From NCBI GenBank assembly GCA_963920595.1, contig OY986949.1, forward strand, positions 3,906,001-3,970,000: 64,000 nucleotides of DNA, written 5' to 3'. Each line of letters starts with the position of its first letter. Position 1 is the first letter of the stretch. Shown in pieces: positions 37,937 to 51,424 of this stretch. A program made the translations under genes and the position numbers. The notes beneath the pieces are model-generated. The model was not told the origin of the DNA. It was given only the letters and a program-made list of their open reading frames with translations, and did no database searches. The stretch comes from Eimeria praecox (taxonomy: Eukaryota).

Positions 37937-38173
37937 TTTCTGTCTTCAGCCGCAAACTCTTGCTGCTGCTGCTGCTGCTGCTGCTGTTGCTGTTGCTGCT
38001 GTTCTTGCTGCTGTTGCTGTTGCAGCGCCGTTGCTGCAGTTACCTTGGCTGCTGCTCCTGCTGTTGCTGCTGCTACTGCTGCTGTTGCTGCTGCTGCAGC
38101 ACCGCTGCTGCAGTCGCTCCGTTTGATATCCCTGTTGTTTCCGTTGATGTTCTGCTGTTGCTGCTGCTGCTGT

Positions 38174-38235
<62 letters not shown>

Positions 38236-38336
38236 TTGCTACAGCTGCGGTTGTAGCTGCTGTTGCTCCCTCAGATACACCTGCTGTTATCGTTGATGCT
38301 GCTGCTGCTGCTGCTGCTGCTGCTAAGCAATCAGAT

Positions 38337-38377
<41 letters not shown>

Positions 38378-38764
38378 GCAGCGGTAGAAGATAAGAAGCT
38401 GTCAGCCCAGTCTTGCAGCAACTCAACAGTATCTTAAACTACAACAATTTAATTATAAAATATTCCTGTAGTGTTTGTGGCTGCAGCAGCAGCAGCTGCA
38501 TGCAGCAGCCGCTGCTGCTGCTGCTGCTGCTGCTGCAGCAGCAGACAATTGGGGCTGGAGGCACGATTGACTTGAAGCCCTGTTCCGTATATTTTGTTTT
38601 TATTTTTATTTATTTATTTATATTAAATATAATATAAATTTAATATAATAACTAAAATATACTCAACAGACAGCTAAGGAGCCTAGCAGCAGCTCTCCTG
38701 CTGCTGCTACTGCTGCTGCTGTTGCTGCTGCTGTTGCTGCTGCTGCTACTCTTGCTGTTGTTGC

Positions 38765-38802
<38 letters not shown>

Positions 38803-38990
38803 CTGTTACTCTTGCTGTTGCTGCTGCTGCTGTTGCTGTTGCTTCTGCTCTTGCTGCTGCTGCTGTTGCTGCTGCTGTTGCTGCTACTGTTGCTGCTGCT
38901 GTTGCTGCTGCTGCTGTTGTTGCTGCTGGTTGTTTTCGTCCTAGCAGCAGACAAACAACTCAAACCGAAGATAAAATTATAATATAAAAT

Positions 38991-39027
<37 letters not shown>

Positions 39028-39200
39028 ATAATATTAAAAAATTATTTTATTATTACAATATAAAATAAAACAAAACAAATATATAAAACATATTTATATA
39101 AACTACAGAGACAGACGAGCAGCAAGACCACTGAGTTGCATGCAGGCAGCAGCAGCAACAGACTTCGCTGCGCCCCACAGCAGCAGCAGCAACAACACCG

Positions 39201-39233
<33 letters not shown>

Positions 39234-39972
39234 ACAGCAGCACGAGCAGCAGCAGGGCTCCTGTACCCCGCCGAAGCAGTGTAGCTACACCCTATCCTAA
39301 CACCGTCATCAGCTAGCTGCAGCTAGCTGCAGCTAGCCACGGCTAGCTGCAGCTAGCTGCAGCTAGCTGTTTATCTTTCAAACAACAGATAAGCCTCAAG
39401 TGTGGAGGCGACAGCAGAGTTATCTTGCTGCTGCTGCTGCAGCAGCAGCAGCAGCAGCAAGATAAACTAAAAAGGGAATTCGGCGTCCGCAGCAGCAGCA
39501 GCAGCTGCTGCTGCTGCTGCTGCTGCTATTTTCTAAAGATATTGTATAACTAGCCAACAGTAGCAGCAACTCCCCCTGCCCCAGAGTCCCCTGCTGCTGC
39601 TGTTGCTGATGCTGCTGTTGCTGCTGCTGCTGTTGCTGCAGTTACTGCTGTGTGGTCAGCAGCAGCAGCAACAGCAGCAGCAACAGCAGCAATAGCAGCA
39701 GCAGCAACAGTTCATAGCAGCAAAGACACAGAACTAGACAACAAACCCTAAACCCTAAACCCTAACCTTGAGGTGTCTATACACCCGAGCATCAGGTGTC
39801 CGTGCGTCTGCTGCAGTCTGCTTCAGCAGCAGCAGCAGCAGCAGCTGCTGCTGCTGCTGCAGTCCCCTGTCGATACACCCCAGCCTATCGAAGTGCTGCT
39901 GCTGCTGCTCTTGCTGCAGCAAGAGCTGCTGCTGCTTGTTTGATGTTGCTGCTGCCTCATCTGCTGTCCTCC

Positions 39973-40008
<36 letters not shown>

Positions 40009-40160
40009 TTGCTGCTGTTGCTGCTGCTGCTGCGACAGGATGTCTTTGTCTTGTCTGCTGCTCAGTGCACCGAAGGAACAGCAGCAGCAGCAGCAGCAGC
40101 AACAGCAACAGCAGCAGCAGCTGCTGCAGCTGCTGCTGCTGCTGTTTTTCTCCTGCGGTC

Positions 40161-40202
40161 TCAGAGCATCAAGGAATCGAGGATCTCTACCTCCGGCTCC
40201 CC

Positions 40203-40251
<49 letters not shown>

Positions 40252-40575
40252 TGCTCTGTCTCTCCCGTCAATTCTCGTATTTCTTTTTCTATCAACTCTA
40301 TATCTTCAGGAGTAGCAATAACTCCATCTCGAGTAGCATCTTCTTCTTCTCCTGCTGCTGCTGCTGCTGCTGCTGTCCCTGCTGCTGCTCCTGCTGCTCC
40401 TGCTGCTGCTGCTGCTGCTGCTGTCGGTTCTATATCTTCTTCTCGTAGAAAATCGATAGATGTATCTAAAGAGCCGAAGGCCTGCAGCAAGCGGTCTGCT
40501 GTTCCTGATGCGTTTATCTCTCTCTGTCTCTCTTCTCTTGTTGCCTTCCCTTGCAGCAACATAAGCAACTCATCA

Positions 40576-40614
<39 letters not shown>

Positions 40615-40800
40615 TTGCTGCTCTTGTTGCTGCTCTTGTTGCTGCTCTTGTTGCTGCTGCTGCTGCTGCTGGTGGTGGGGGGGGTGGGGGAGCGATGACG
40701 GCGGGCTGCTGCTTTGTCTTCTCTTCTGTCTGTTCGAGTTTGAATAGATAAAGAAGATAAACCTAAATCCTCCAGAAGAGACGGATCTACGTGCTGCTGC

Positions 40801-40834
<34 letters not shown>

Positions 40835-40900
40835 TTCGCCTCCGCACAGGCTGAAGCCGGCCTCGTACAAATGCTGCCTCGTTTTCTAGATGCTTAGATA

Positions 40901-40935
<35 letters not shown>

Positions 40936-40978
40936 AGCTGGTGCTGCAGCTGGTGCTGCAACTTGTGCTGCTGCAGTA

Positions 40979-41011
<33 letters not shown>

Positions 41012-41456
41012 TGTGATAGTCTGTAGCTAGCAGCAGCTGCGGCCCCTCAATGTCTCCCATGAAAGAGAAAGAAACCTCCGGATGTATCTCTACATCACCC
41101 CACTCTGAAACAGCAGCAGAATCTGCTGCTGCTGCTGCTGCTGGTGCTGCTGCTGCTGGTGCTGCTGCTGCTGCTGCTGCTGGTTCTGGTGCTGCTACTG
41201 GTGCTGGTGCTGGTGGTGCTGCCGGTGCTGCTGCTGGTGCTGGTGCTGGTGCTGCTGATGCTGCTGCTGGTGCTGCTGCTGGTGGTGGTGGTGCTGCTGC
41301 TGCTGCTACTGTTGATTCTGGATGTACTCCTGCTGCTGCTCGCTGGGGTTGTGCTGCAGCTGCTGCTGCTGCTGTTGTTGCTGTTGTTGCTGCTGCTCTC
41401 GGTGAAGGCGGTGCTGTTGATGGCGGTGCTGTTGTTGTTGTTGCTGTTTCTGCTGC

Positions 41457-41491
<35 letters not shown>

Positions 41492-41879
41492 CGAGTCGAC
41501 TAACGCTCGAGGCTGGAAGCAGCCAAGCAGCAGAATTTCGTGCTGCTGCTGCTGCAGTAGCTGCTGCTGCTGCAGCTGCTGCTGCTGTTCTACAGGGGGC
41601 CCCTGAGTGTCTGGTGTACGTACACCGCGACCAGCGACAGCATAGACTGCTGCTGCTGCTGCTGCTGCAGCTGCAGCTGCTGCTGCTGCTGCTGCTGCTG
41701 CTGCAGATGCTGCCGACTGCGGCAGCGCTGTCTGCTCTGAATGCCGCAGCAAATGTAGATAGAAGGATAAAACGAATGGAGAGAAGAAGAAGCAGCAAAC
41801 ACAAAGAATGTGGGGTGTACATACACCTCAGACTGCTCCAGCGGTTTGGTCTGGGAGGCCCCCAGGGGCCCTTCTTCAT
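40161..41879 (-). CDS. Hypothetical protein with a hydrophobic N-terminal leader followed by an S/R-rich segment
   Basis: 572-codon ATG ORF. Non-repetitive acidic blocks (SEWGDVEIHPEVSFSFMGDIEGPQLLLATDYHME, LLQAFGSLDTSIDFLREEDIE, ATPEDIELIEKEIRELTG) are all in frame. Confidence 0.6.
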
Positions 41880-42430
41880 CCCGTGTGTGTTGTGTGTATT
41901 ATCTAAATAAAATAAAATAAAATAAACTATAAAAATAAAATAATTATAAACAAATAATTTGGTTTTTCTATGTTTATCTTGGGGTGTACAGACACCTCCA
42001 AAGAGTCGGCTCGGTGTTTATGAAGAAGAGATAGTTATAATTAATTTTGTTGTATTAACTTTGTTTAACTTCTATGTAAAATAAAACAAATTATTTATTA
42101 TTTAATAACTTATTTAAATATATTTATCTAATGCTGCTGCTGTTGCTGCTGCTGCATGCAGCAACCAAGGAGGCTATACACTCGACTGTTTCGTTGTTTT
42201 TATTGTTTTGTCTCCTTCGGCTACTTGAAAGAAGATTGAAGATATACATACTCCTAAACCCTAAACCCTAAACCCTAAACCCTAAACCCTAAACCCTAAA
42301 CCCTAAACCCTAATTGTTATATGCCTCTCTCAGGCGGGGTCTCTATATCCAGCTACCCCAGGAAGAGCAACTGCTGCTAAGCAGTCTTTGCGTCTCTCTC
42401 TCTGTCTCTCATTCTCTCTGTCTCTCTCTC

Positions 42431-42474
<44 letters not shown>

Positions 42475-42573
42475 TCTATCTATCTATCTTTCTCTATCTT
42501 TCTCTGTCTCTCTGTCTCTCTGTCTCCTTTTCTCTATCTCTTAGTGTCTCTTAGCTACGATGAGTGGTATTGC

Positions 42574-42601
42574 TGCATGCATCTACATACGGCTGCATGC
42601 A
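42574..42601. promoter_or_regulatory. Pair of TGCATGCA octamers (ApiAP2-type motif, abundant in coccidia)
   Basis: TGCATGCA at 42574 and 42594, upstream of the 41879 start. Others occur at ~2068, 38498, 39137, 42154, 47212 and 48848; function inferred only. Confidence 0.4.
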
Positions 42602-43949
42602 ACTTTGGGGCTGTATTACAGCAGAACGTACACAGCAATCGTCTCAGAGTATAAGGATAAGCCCTCTTCCTTCTATACACCTCAAAGCCTTTGCAGGCTT
42701 TCATACCCAGGATCCCTGAAGAGATGAAGCGATTATCTATTTATCATGGGTTTTAATTATTATTATTGTAATAATATAATATTATTATATTATTAAAATA
42801 TAATAATAATTAGTATTATTATTATATTAATTAATAATAATTAAAATTATTATTTTAATAATAATTCTAATTATTATGAGTTTGACAGACACAAAGTTAA
42901 TATCAGCTCATTATACTTCTATCTATTACTCTCTCGTTATTATTTATATTTAATAGAACAACAAAAACTACAAGCTACAAGGAAGAGGAAGGTAGAAGCA
43001 GCAGTCCCCTTACCTTCATCGATGATGTCTTGGTGATTAGCTATGAATAAATAAAATAGACAAAAGAATAAAATATAATATAAATAAAATAAGATATATA
43101 ATACCCAGGAATATCATCCCTGAAAATATTCGTAGCAGTTTCTGTCTTTGTATGTTTCTACATAATCAAGATTAATTAAAATATACTCTCATTATTTCTT
43201 TTGTATGGAGGGGAGTCAAAGGTTGATGGTGTTGTTGATTTGTAACAAGAGAATCTCCCGTAGTGTCTACCCATCAAAGCTTTAGAAATTTTAAAGACGC
43301 AAATAAATTAGAAAGAATATCTTCATCTCAGTCAAACATCCACCAAATATGAGGGGCGGGGGGGGCTGAGACTTGAGGAAGTAGAGAAGTTAGTCCTTGC
43401 TGTTCTGAAGAAACAAGTCTCCTTCAAAATGTATTATATGAATAACAGATCCTACTAACATCTTTTCTACAGAGAAACGGAGGAGGAGGATAGCGATATA
43501 CGAAGAACTCCGCCGTGCAGCATCCAAACTATGAAAGCTTCTTAAGAATATACTTAGCTGTGTAAGTTTATTCCCCAAGACAGACAGGAACGGGCTATAC
43601 AATTAATAATATCAAATAATATATTATTACTTAATAGTATATAAATTAATCAATTAATTAATTAGTGAGTATATTATTAATTTAGAAAAAACAAGTGAGA
43701 GGGGCTATGGAGGCAGATCTTCACTAGCAGAAATAAACGAGTACATACACATCGAAAAGAGACAAACTTATCTTTCCATCATCCTACAAGAGAAGGAAGT
43801 AGAAGGGGCTAGAAAGGATAGACATGCAGAGCCCGTAGATACTGAAACTGTGAGTGTTAATCCCCCAAGAAAGATATTGAAAGAGAAACAAAGGAGGGGT
43901 TATGGGGGCGGGAGGTGGGGGGTAGGAGGGGATGAGCTAAGAGAATATA

Positions 43950-44430
43950 TTTTCCCCTCCTCGTGTTCGTTTGGTGAAGAGGAGGGCGTGTGTCTAACTG
44001 TGCCTCCTCCTCAATGGAGGGCATGCAGGCTAAGAGGACTCCCCAGCCATTTGAAAAGGAGTTATAGGCGTTGGCGTATTCTAATCATCTTCGGTTGTTT
44101 TTTCGTTCTTGCGTATCTTCCGAGGCTTCTGCTCGTTTAGTTGCTGCCCCTCGTATCTGAACTCCTCCAGCTCCTTCGGCCCCCTCACCTTTTTCTCTTT
44201 CCCCCCCTCCTCGTCGTCTGCCTTCTCTCCCTCCTTCCCCTTCTTCTGGCCTTCTTACTTCTCAGCTTTCTCATCGGTCTTTGCCTCTTCCATTTCTTCT
44301 CTTCTCTCCGCCTCACGCTCTTGAGGAATATCAGCAGCCAACATTTGCGATAAATAAATGAACCCGGAGTACATCATAACCAGGTCATTCAAGGGGCGCT
44401 GCACGAAAAATTTAGCTTCGTCTATCATGG
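43950..44430 (-). pseudogene. Decayed reading frame encoding an E/K-rich protein
   Basis: MIDEAKFFVQRPLNDLVMMYSGFIYLSQMLAADIPQEREAERREEMEEAKTDEKAEK*EGQKKGKEGEKADDEEGGKEKK...EDD* is protein-like but interrupted by in-frame stops. Confidence 0.35.
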
Positions 44431-44900
44431 ATGTCGTCCCCGAGTTTGAAGAGTCCCCACTGCTTTAGTTTCTGGGATTTCGGGCAAGGGGAGACTCAGG
44501 CAAGTATTCTACGCTGCTCCGGCTGCTTCACTGTTGTGTTGACTCCCTCACAGCCCGTCAAAGCATAGCGCTGCATTTTTAATTAAATATTTCTACGAAG
44601 CTCAACTTGAATGTGTAATTGGGGGAGGACACGCTTTGTCGGGCACCGGAAGAGGCTGCCGTATACGCTGTAGTGCTTAGGCCTTCAAGCGCTCTCCACT
44701 CTAGCAAAACCCCGCTGCCGGATGAGCACGAAGGAGGTAAGAAGAAAGTAATGTAGAAGGGAAATGTGGCGCAACGCAGGCAAACACCGTTAATAAACAA
44801 AGTGCCTCACCGGTGGGGCGTCGAGACAGCGCGTCAGCGACAAGGCTGGTTTTACTCTTGATACAGTTGACTCTTCGTTAGGTATATCGAGAAGTGAAGA

Positions 44901-44968
44901 TGAAGAAGGAGCCTCTTGCAGCCTCATCAGACACATGTTTGATGAGGCTGCAGGAGACTCCTTCTTCA
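44901..44968. repeat. 68-nt near-perfect inverted repeat (hairpin)
   Basis: TGAAGAAGGAGCCTCTTGCAGCCTCATCAGACA-CA-TGTTTGATGAGGCTGCAGGAGACTCCTTCTTCA: 33-bp arms with 3 differences. Confidence 0.9.
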
Positions 44969-47900
44969 GTCCCTTTTCAGGTAAATGCGTTGGCCTTCCT
45001 TTTTTTAAAGTGATTATTTTCTAGGTCTATTTAACAAAGACTGAGAGAAGTAAAACTGCGAGAAAATATTATTGTGAGGGGGTGGGCGATGGATGAAGGG
45101 ATGAGCGATTCGAGGGAAAGCCGACAAAATTCTGAGCGCTCGTCCTACAGGAAAAGGGGAAGCGTCTACCTCCGAATGCCATCTATCTTCACCGACTCTG
45201 GTTCTGCTGCTGCTGTATAGAAACAAAACAAGCAGGGGATATTTGTCTGCGAAAGCAGAGAACGCGCTTGTGTAACGATGATCCAATGTTTCCTACAGGT
45301 AAATTGCACAGGACGCCACGGGACCTGCAAGTGCTGCAAGCACTCTTAAACCTTCCTCGGTGTCATCTGGAGGCCGCATGCTAGCTATTTACTCTGTCAC
45401 CAACAGCGTGCATCCGACTGTGTCGTGGTGAAGGGAGTCAACACACAAGTCCTGTGACATGGTAGGACTACTGATTCCTGAGGTGAAGCTTCAGTTTGCT
45501 CCGAGGGTTTTACTGACTGTCTTATCGTCTCTGTCGTCTTCAAAATGTAATTGCGTTGACTGTCTCAACGAATAGACAGGTAGGCTGCACCCCTTCACAG
45601 TAGCATTTTCTCTCAGTTTTACTTCTCATTCTTTGTCAAATAGACGCAGCAAATAATCACCTTTAATAAGAGGTTGGAATAGAACAACGTTGACTCAGAG
45701 CGAAGCTGGAGCCGCGGCTGTCCCCTCTTTCGGCCCCACCGTTGTGTCTCACACTGTTTGAGGGGCAGAGGGTTTCCCTGTGGGCAATTCTGTTTCCCGT
45801 GAAGGAGCTTCTCAAATTGTTGCTTCTTCATTTGTCTATCCCCCCTCATGAAGTTGCAGTCTCAAACTATAAGACCTCGTTTAGTGCAAAGCAAGATAGC
45901 CGCTCTGCGCACCCACTGTAGTAAAAAATGCTCTCAGCCGCCACTTCTATTAAGTCCTTACTTTTTTGGGGGGCAGCTCGGCCATTCACTGATAGCTGTT
46001 GTTGATATGTAGCATATCTGGTTCTTCTCCAAGCCTGTGCTTTTCTTCTAAGCTACGACGTTAAAAGTGAGATGCTTCCGGTCTTTGATTAATACTCAAT
46101 CGCCGCGGAACGCTCCATCTTCCCATCCCTCTGTCTCCTCTCTACTGCCCTGCGCGCTACCGATTGTCTCTCTCTCTCTCCCTCTCTCTCTCTCGCTTTC
46201 CCGGGCTCTTTCCTTCTATGAACCAATGATATAGTTAAACGGTGGGTTCAAATGCCCTAATACCACTGTTGGATTTTGTTCAGTAAGGACTGATATTTCT
46301 TGAATCAACGCCTTATCCATAGCCTCCCTTTTGCAGTATTTCTTAATCTTACAGTAGCCTACTCTCGTGCTCGTCTGAGGGCACAACACCATAGCAGCGC
46401 GTGTAGGAAGTGTTCCATAGTCAGAACGCTTTCAACAAAAGTAGAACAATTCCTTAGACACAATCAACACTGTCGTCCCCCCCTTCCCGCTGAAGATGTT
46501 GCTAGCTGCTGTTGCTCTACTAGCTGCTGTATCTCTTCGAGCGCATTTTGAAGACAAATGCACACCTTCAGATGAGCAACGAAACTCCTAGGTTGCCCCA
46601 TTTTGGGGCTCCCGCTATATATGGACGATTAACAGGGGCGGAAGTATTTGTGATGGATTGCTTTCGCTATTTTATTTACTTAGCTGGGTAGCCTGCGGAC
46701 GCTACCCTCAATCAAGTGCGGCGAGCTCCCCAACAGTTGGTTGCCTCCCTTCAGGGTAAATGCTGATATTCTTCAACTATGAAAGAGTTGTACTTGCTTT
46801 CTGGTAAAGCTCTTCACGACTACACAGGGTTCATACCAGGCCTGTCCGCTGTGGGAGTGAGCTTGCAGCGTGCTTGCCTACCTCTCTTAATCGTGCGGTG
46901 CTACTTAACAATAAGGAGACTCTCTGATCAAGGGCCTTAGGGAGCTGCGGTCGAATCAAAATGCTAGAGCTAAAAGTTTCTCCAGAGCAAACCTCCTCCC
47001 TCCAGTCCCCAGGAGAATTGACTACAGCTGCATAAGGGCCTGGGGATGGGGAGAGGAAAGAAGGAAGCCTGCAATGAGTTGAAGCACTCCTTGCCACACC
47101 TCCTGCTTCACAACAGCCCCACATGCAAGCATGCACAACCACGTTCTTTTGGTGCGTGCCCTAACAGCATGCGCTTTGCAAGACTAACTGCTTTGCCCTC
47201 TGTAGGTAGCTTGCATGCAAGGAAGAGCAAATATACTACCTTCAGACAGAGCATGCTAGACCATGAAAACGAGTGTCTCCTATGAAATGTATAACACCTG
47301 GGAAACCTTCAGGCTACACTTGGGGGGACTGTTAGGACTAACAGCTACTAAGTCCATTCACCCCTGCAACTGTCGGTCAGCTGAAGTAGTAACAGGGCCT
47401 GAGAGTGTAGGCTGATAGTGGGCCTCAACTCTCTGCATTCGTCGTATTCCTTCTTCAACTTCCGCCATCTTCTGCTTAATTTCACGGGCATCGTCTGCAG
47501 CAGCAGCGTGCTGCATTGGGATTGCAGGTTAGATATTGCCGCGATATATACTTCGCCTTTATAGGGGGCCCTAGAAGCAACAGAAGCTGATGTTTACCTC
47601 GCCACCTGGCACCGTAGATAGAAAACTAATTGAGTATACAAAGTAGGACCTTAATGACGCAGATGCGGGTAAATAGCGAGGACGGCAATGTAGGTTAAAC
47701 ACCTGCAGCCGTACAGTGCGCCACGTAGACACCCGACTGCTGCTGTCTCCTTGCAGCGACGAGCTACGGTGAGCAACCTTCGCTGTCTGAGGTGCCTTGC
47801 ACTGCTGCTATAACCCGACAGGCGGGGACAGCCTCATCTCACGTGAACTGCTGCGATTAGGGAAACTGTCTCCTACGTGGGTTTGCAACGTTGTAAAACG

Positions 47901-49288
47901 CTGTGCCTGACGTGGGTCTGTGTGTCTCTACTTCTGTTCAGGAGGGCTACTTAAACTATTGCCTTCACTGTTAGTGCATGCACCACCAGGGCCTCTGTAC
48001 ACTTGTATGTGGGGCTGCCTTGCAGCAGGGACTGCAGCAAGACACGCTGCTACTCATGATATGCCCCCTCAAATCCCCGCAGCAGCGAAGGGCCCTTAGG
48101 GTGCTGTCTCCAGACACCTGGAGAGTGGAAGGGAGACCCGTCATTTATACGAAAATCTCATCTACAATCTTTTGATTCAAAAGCAAATCACGATGACAAT
48201 CTTTCATCTATCAATCCTAACACCGCTCTCAAGGGCGCGACCCCCCGCCCCCCCCCCTCCCCTTTCCGCTTCACCCCAGCATGTGGCAGCCAACAGTTGC
48301 GTCTACGAAGATATCTTGATGGTCCAAGTCCTTCAAAGACACAAAGAGAATACGAGCCCGTGACAGCAGCAGCTGCAGCTCTTAAACCTTTGTGTGAGAC
48401 AGCAGTTATCAACAGAAGAAGCTTGTACCTTGTCGTTCGTGTTCACAGCAGTATAGGGGTGTCTATACACCCCAGCTGAGGAGGATAGACTCCTCAGCTC
48501 GGGTGTATAGACACCTTCTACCTATACAACTTATTAGTGATCAGACTAAAGTGCACAGCATGCAGCATTTACTACAAGAGAGGCTGTAATGAGATACGAA
48601 GGCACACAACAGCTAGTAAGACTGCAGAAATACGTATCTCCCCCTGTCTCCTGTCTCCTTCAGTCCCCCCGTCAGCCCCTCCCCCTTCCGCTGCAAGGGC
48701 AAAGGGTTACCCTGGTCCCCTCATTGCAGCGCCCCCGTAAACCCTAAACCCTAAACCCTAATCCTAACCCCCCCCCCCCCCCCCCCCCCCGCCCCCCCGA
48801 GACAGCAGCAGCAGCAGCAAGCGCACAGAGCGCAAGCGCGAGTATATGCATGCAAAACCTAACAGCAAGTCAGGTGTATGTACACCTGAAGACCCACGCA
48901 ATCTCTTCCTCTACCTCCCACCAGTCTAGTACTCAAGGGTCCCCTAGGGTTTAGGGTTTAGGGTTTGTAGGGGTATGGTATGCGGCTAGGGTTTCTCGTG
49001 AAGAGTTAAGACAGAGTTGATATAAGGCCCTGAGGTGTATGTGCAGCGCGTGTATATAATTCGAATATAACAAAATATATTTTGTTTATTGTTACGTAGT
49101 ATTTTCGTGAAGACACCGCAGATGCTGCTGGTGTTTGTGCTGCTGCTGCTGCGTCTACTGTTGCTGCAGCAACACAGAGGGCGCAGCAGCAGCAGCAGCA
49201 GCAGCAAATAATTATTAACAGCAGCACAATTATGAGTCTGATAGAATAAATAATTAATAAAACAGAGAATCTGTATAAACAGCAGCAG

Positions 49289-49319
<31 letters not shown>

Positions 49320-49411
49320 TCTTGCTGCTGTGGGGGCGACGGGGGCGCAGCTGGGTGCAGCAGCGGGGGCATGCGTGTGGCTGCTGCTGCTGCTGCTGCA
49401 GCCTCGGAGCT

Positions 49412-49458
<47 letters not shown>

Positions 49459-49551
49459 AGTTGCTGCAGCTTCCCTAATCTTATGGGAAATGTTTTATGC
49501 CTCTATTACGTAGAGTGGGGCTTCTGCTACTGTCTCTTCATCGGCTTTCGT

Positions 49552-49590
<39 letters not shown>

Positions 49591-49737
49591 GTAGCAGCAG
49601 CAGCAGCAGCAGCTGTGGCGGTTCTAAGCGTCGGACTTAGTGTTGTATTTTAATTGTTGTGACTGCTGCTGTATCAACAGCAGCAATATAACATTCTGTC
49701 TTTCTGCAGCAGCAGCGAAGATACAACAGCCATAGCC

Positions 49738-49773
<36 letters not shown>

Positions 49774-49956
49774 ACAGCAGCAGCAGCAGTAGCAGCAGCA
49801 GCTCAGCAGCTCTGTCCCCCCCTACCGGCATTAATCCTCTAACTCCCCTCGGCTCTCAGAGAATATTTATCTTTAATATTTATATTTTTGGTGCTAGAAG
49901 CAGCAAGCAGACTCTTCTGCTGCAGCAGCAAACTGCAGCAGCGCCGCTCTCCCTCT

Positions 49957-50001
<45 letters not shown>

Positions 50002-50153
50002 GCAGCAGCACCTGTCACAACAGAAGCAGAGCTGTTGAATATACGCCCTTGCAGTCAGAGGACTCATACTCTACCTTATTCGTAGGCAGACGCAAACTGC
50101 AGCAGCAGCAGCAACAGCAACAGCAGCAGCAGCAGCAGCAGCGGTGGTAGCAA

Positions 50154-50185
<32 letters not shown>

Positions 50186-50497
50186 GCATCATCGTCCTCG
50201 GTTTCTATGGGGGCGGCATGCCCGCCTTGCAGACAGCAGCAGCAACAACACCAGTTACAGCAGCAGCAGCAGCAGCAGCAGCAGGATAATCTGTATTAGC
50301 AGTTAAGAAGTTATCGTGGGAGGCGTTGGGGGCCTCCGTGGTTTGTAGGGTTTGGCTTGGAGGATCCCCTCTTTCCTGCTGCTGTTGCTGCTGTTCTAGC
50401 TGCTGCTGCTGCTCTTGTTGCTGCTGTTGTTGCTGAAGCTGAAGCTGAATCTGCTGCTGCTGCTGCTGCTGCTGCTGCAGCAGTATTTGTTGTGTCT

Positions 50498-50615
50498 ATG
50501 GAGACACCATTCCCCGCCTTGGGGCGGCGCCTCCCTGTCCCTAGCCGCCCCGTCAAGATTGCTGTTACTGTAGCAGACTCGAAGGATCTGTTGAGAAAGG
50601 TACTGCTGCTGCTGC

Positions 50616-50647
<32 letters not shown>

Positions 50648-50931
50648 CTGCTGCTGCTGGTGCTGCTGCTGCTGTTGCTGCTGCTGGTGCTGCTGTTGGT
50701 GATGGTGTTGCTGCTGATGGTGTTGCTGATGGTGTTGCTGATGGTGTTGGTGGTGCTGTTGCTGCTGCTGTTTCTGTTGCTGCTGCTCATCTTGTGTTGC
50801 TGCTGTTGCTGCTGCTGTTTCTGTTGCTGCTGTTGCTGCTGTTGCTGCTGCTGGTGTTTGGTTATATTGTTGTTTGTGTTTGTCTTTGTAAGATATCCTC
50901 TGTCTTTGTTTATACACTGTCTGCTGCTGCG

Positions 50932-51005
<74 letters not shown>

Positions 51006-51058
51006 CTTCCTACCCGTTTTGCTGCTAGTCCTCTATCCTCATGATGTGCTGCTGCTGT

Positions 51059-51090
<32 letters not shown>

Positions 51091-51390
51091 CAGGCTCCGC
51101 CAGTAGCTAGGAAGTGGGGTCTGCCTCCTGCTGCAGATGCAGCGCACTCGTCATTCTGTGCTGGGGTGTTGTTCCCCCCTGTGTCTGCTGCTGCTGCTAG
51201 ACATCAGCAGCAGCAGCAGCGGGATGAAGCAGCAGCAGCAGCAGCAACTAGTCTGACAGCTCGCCACCACAGTAGCCCTTGGAAGCTGCCTACACTGCAG
51301 CAGCAACAGCAGCAGCAACAGCAGCAACAGCAGCAGCAGCAGCAGGAAGCTATGAAGAAGTCCCTTGCTGCTCCACCAGGTGCTCCGCCG

Positions 51391-51424
<34 letters not shown>

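Noticed and set aside
48130..48400. Possible Dim1/thioredoxin-like exons on the minus strand
   Set aside because: Only vague resemblance, and all frames contain stops.
42700..48740. Intact LTR retrotransposon, tRNA or rRNA in the repeat-poor island
   Set aside because: No long ORF, RT/integrase motifs, LTR pair or recognisable RNA-gene signature seen.
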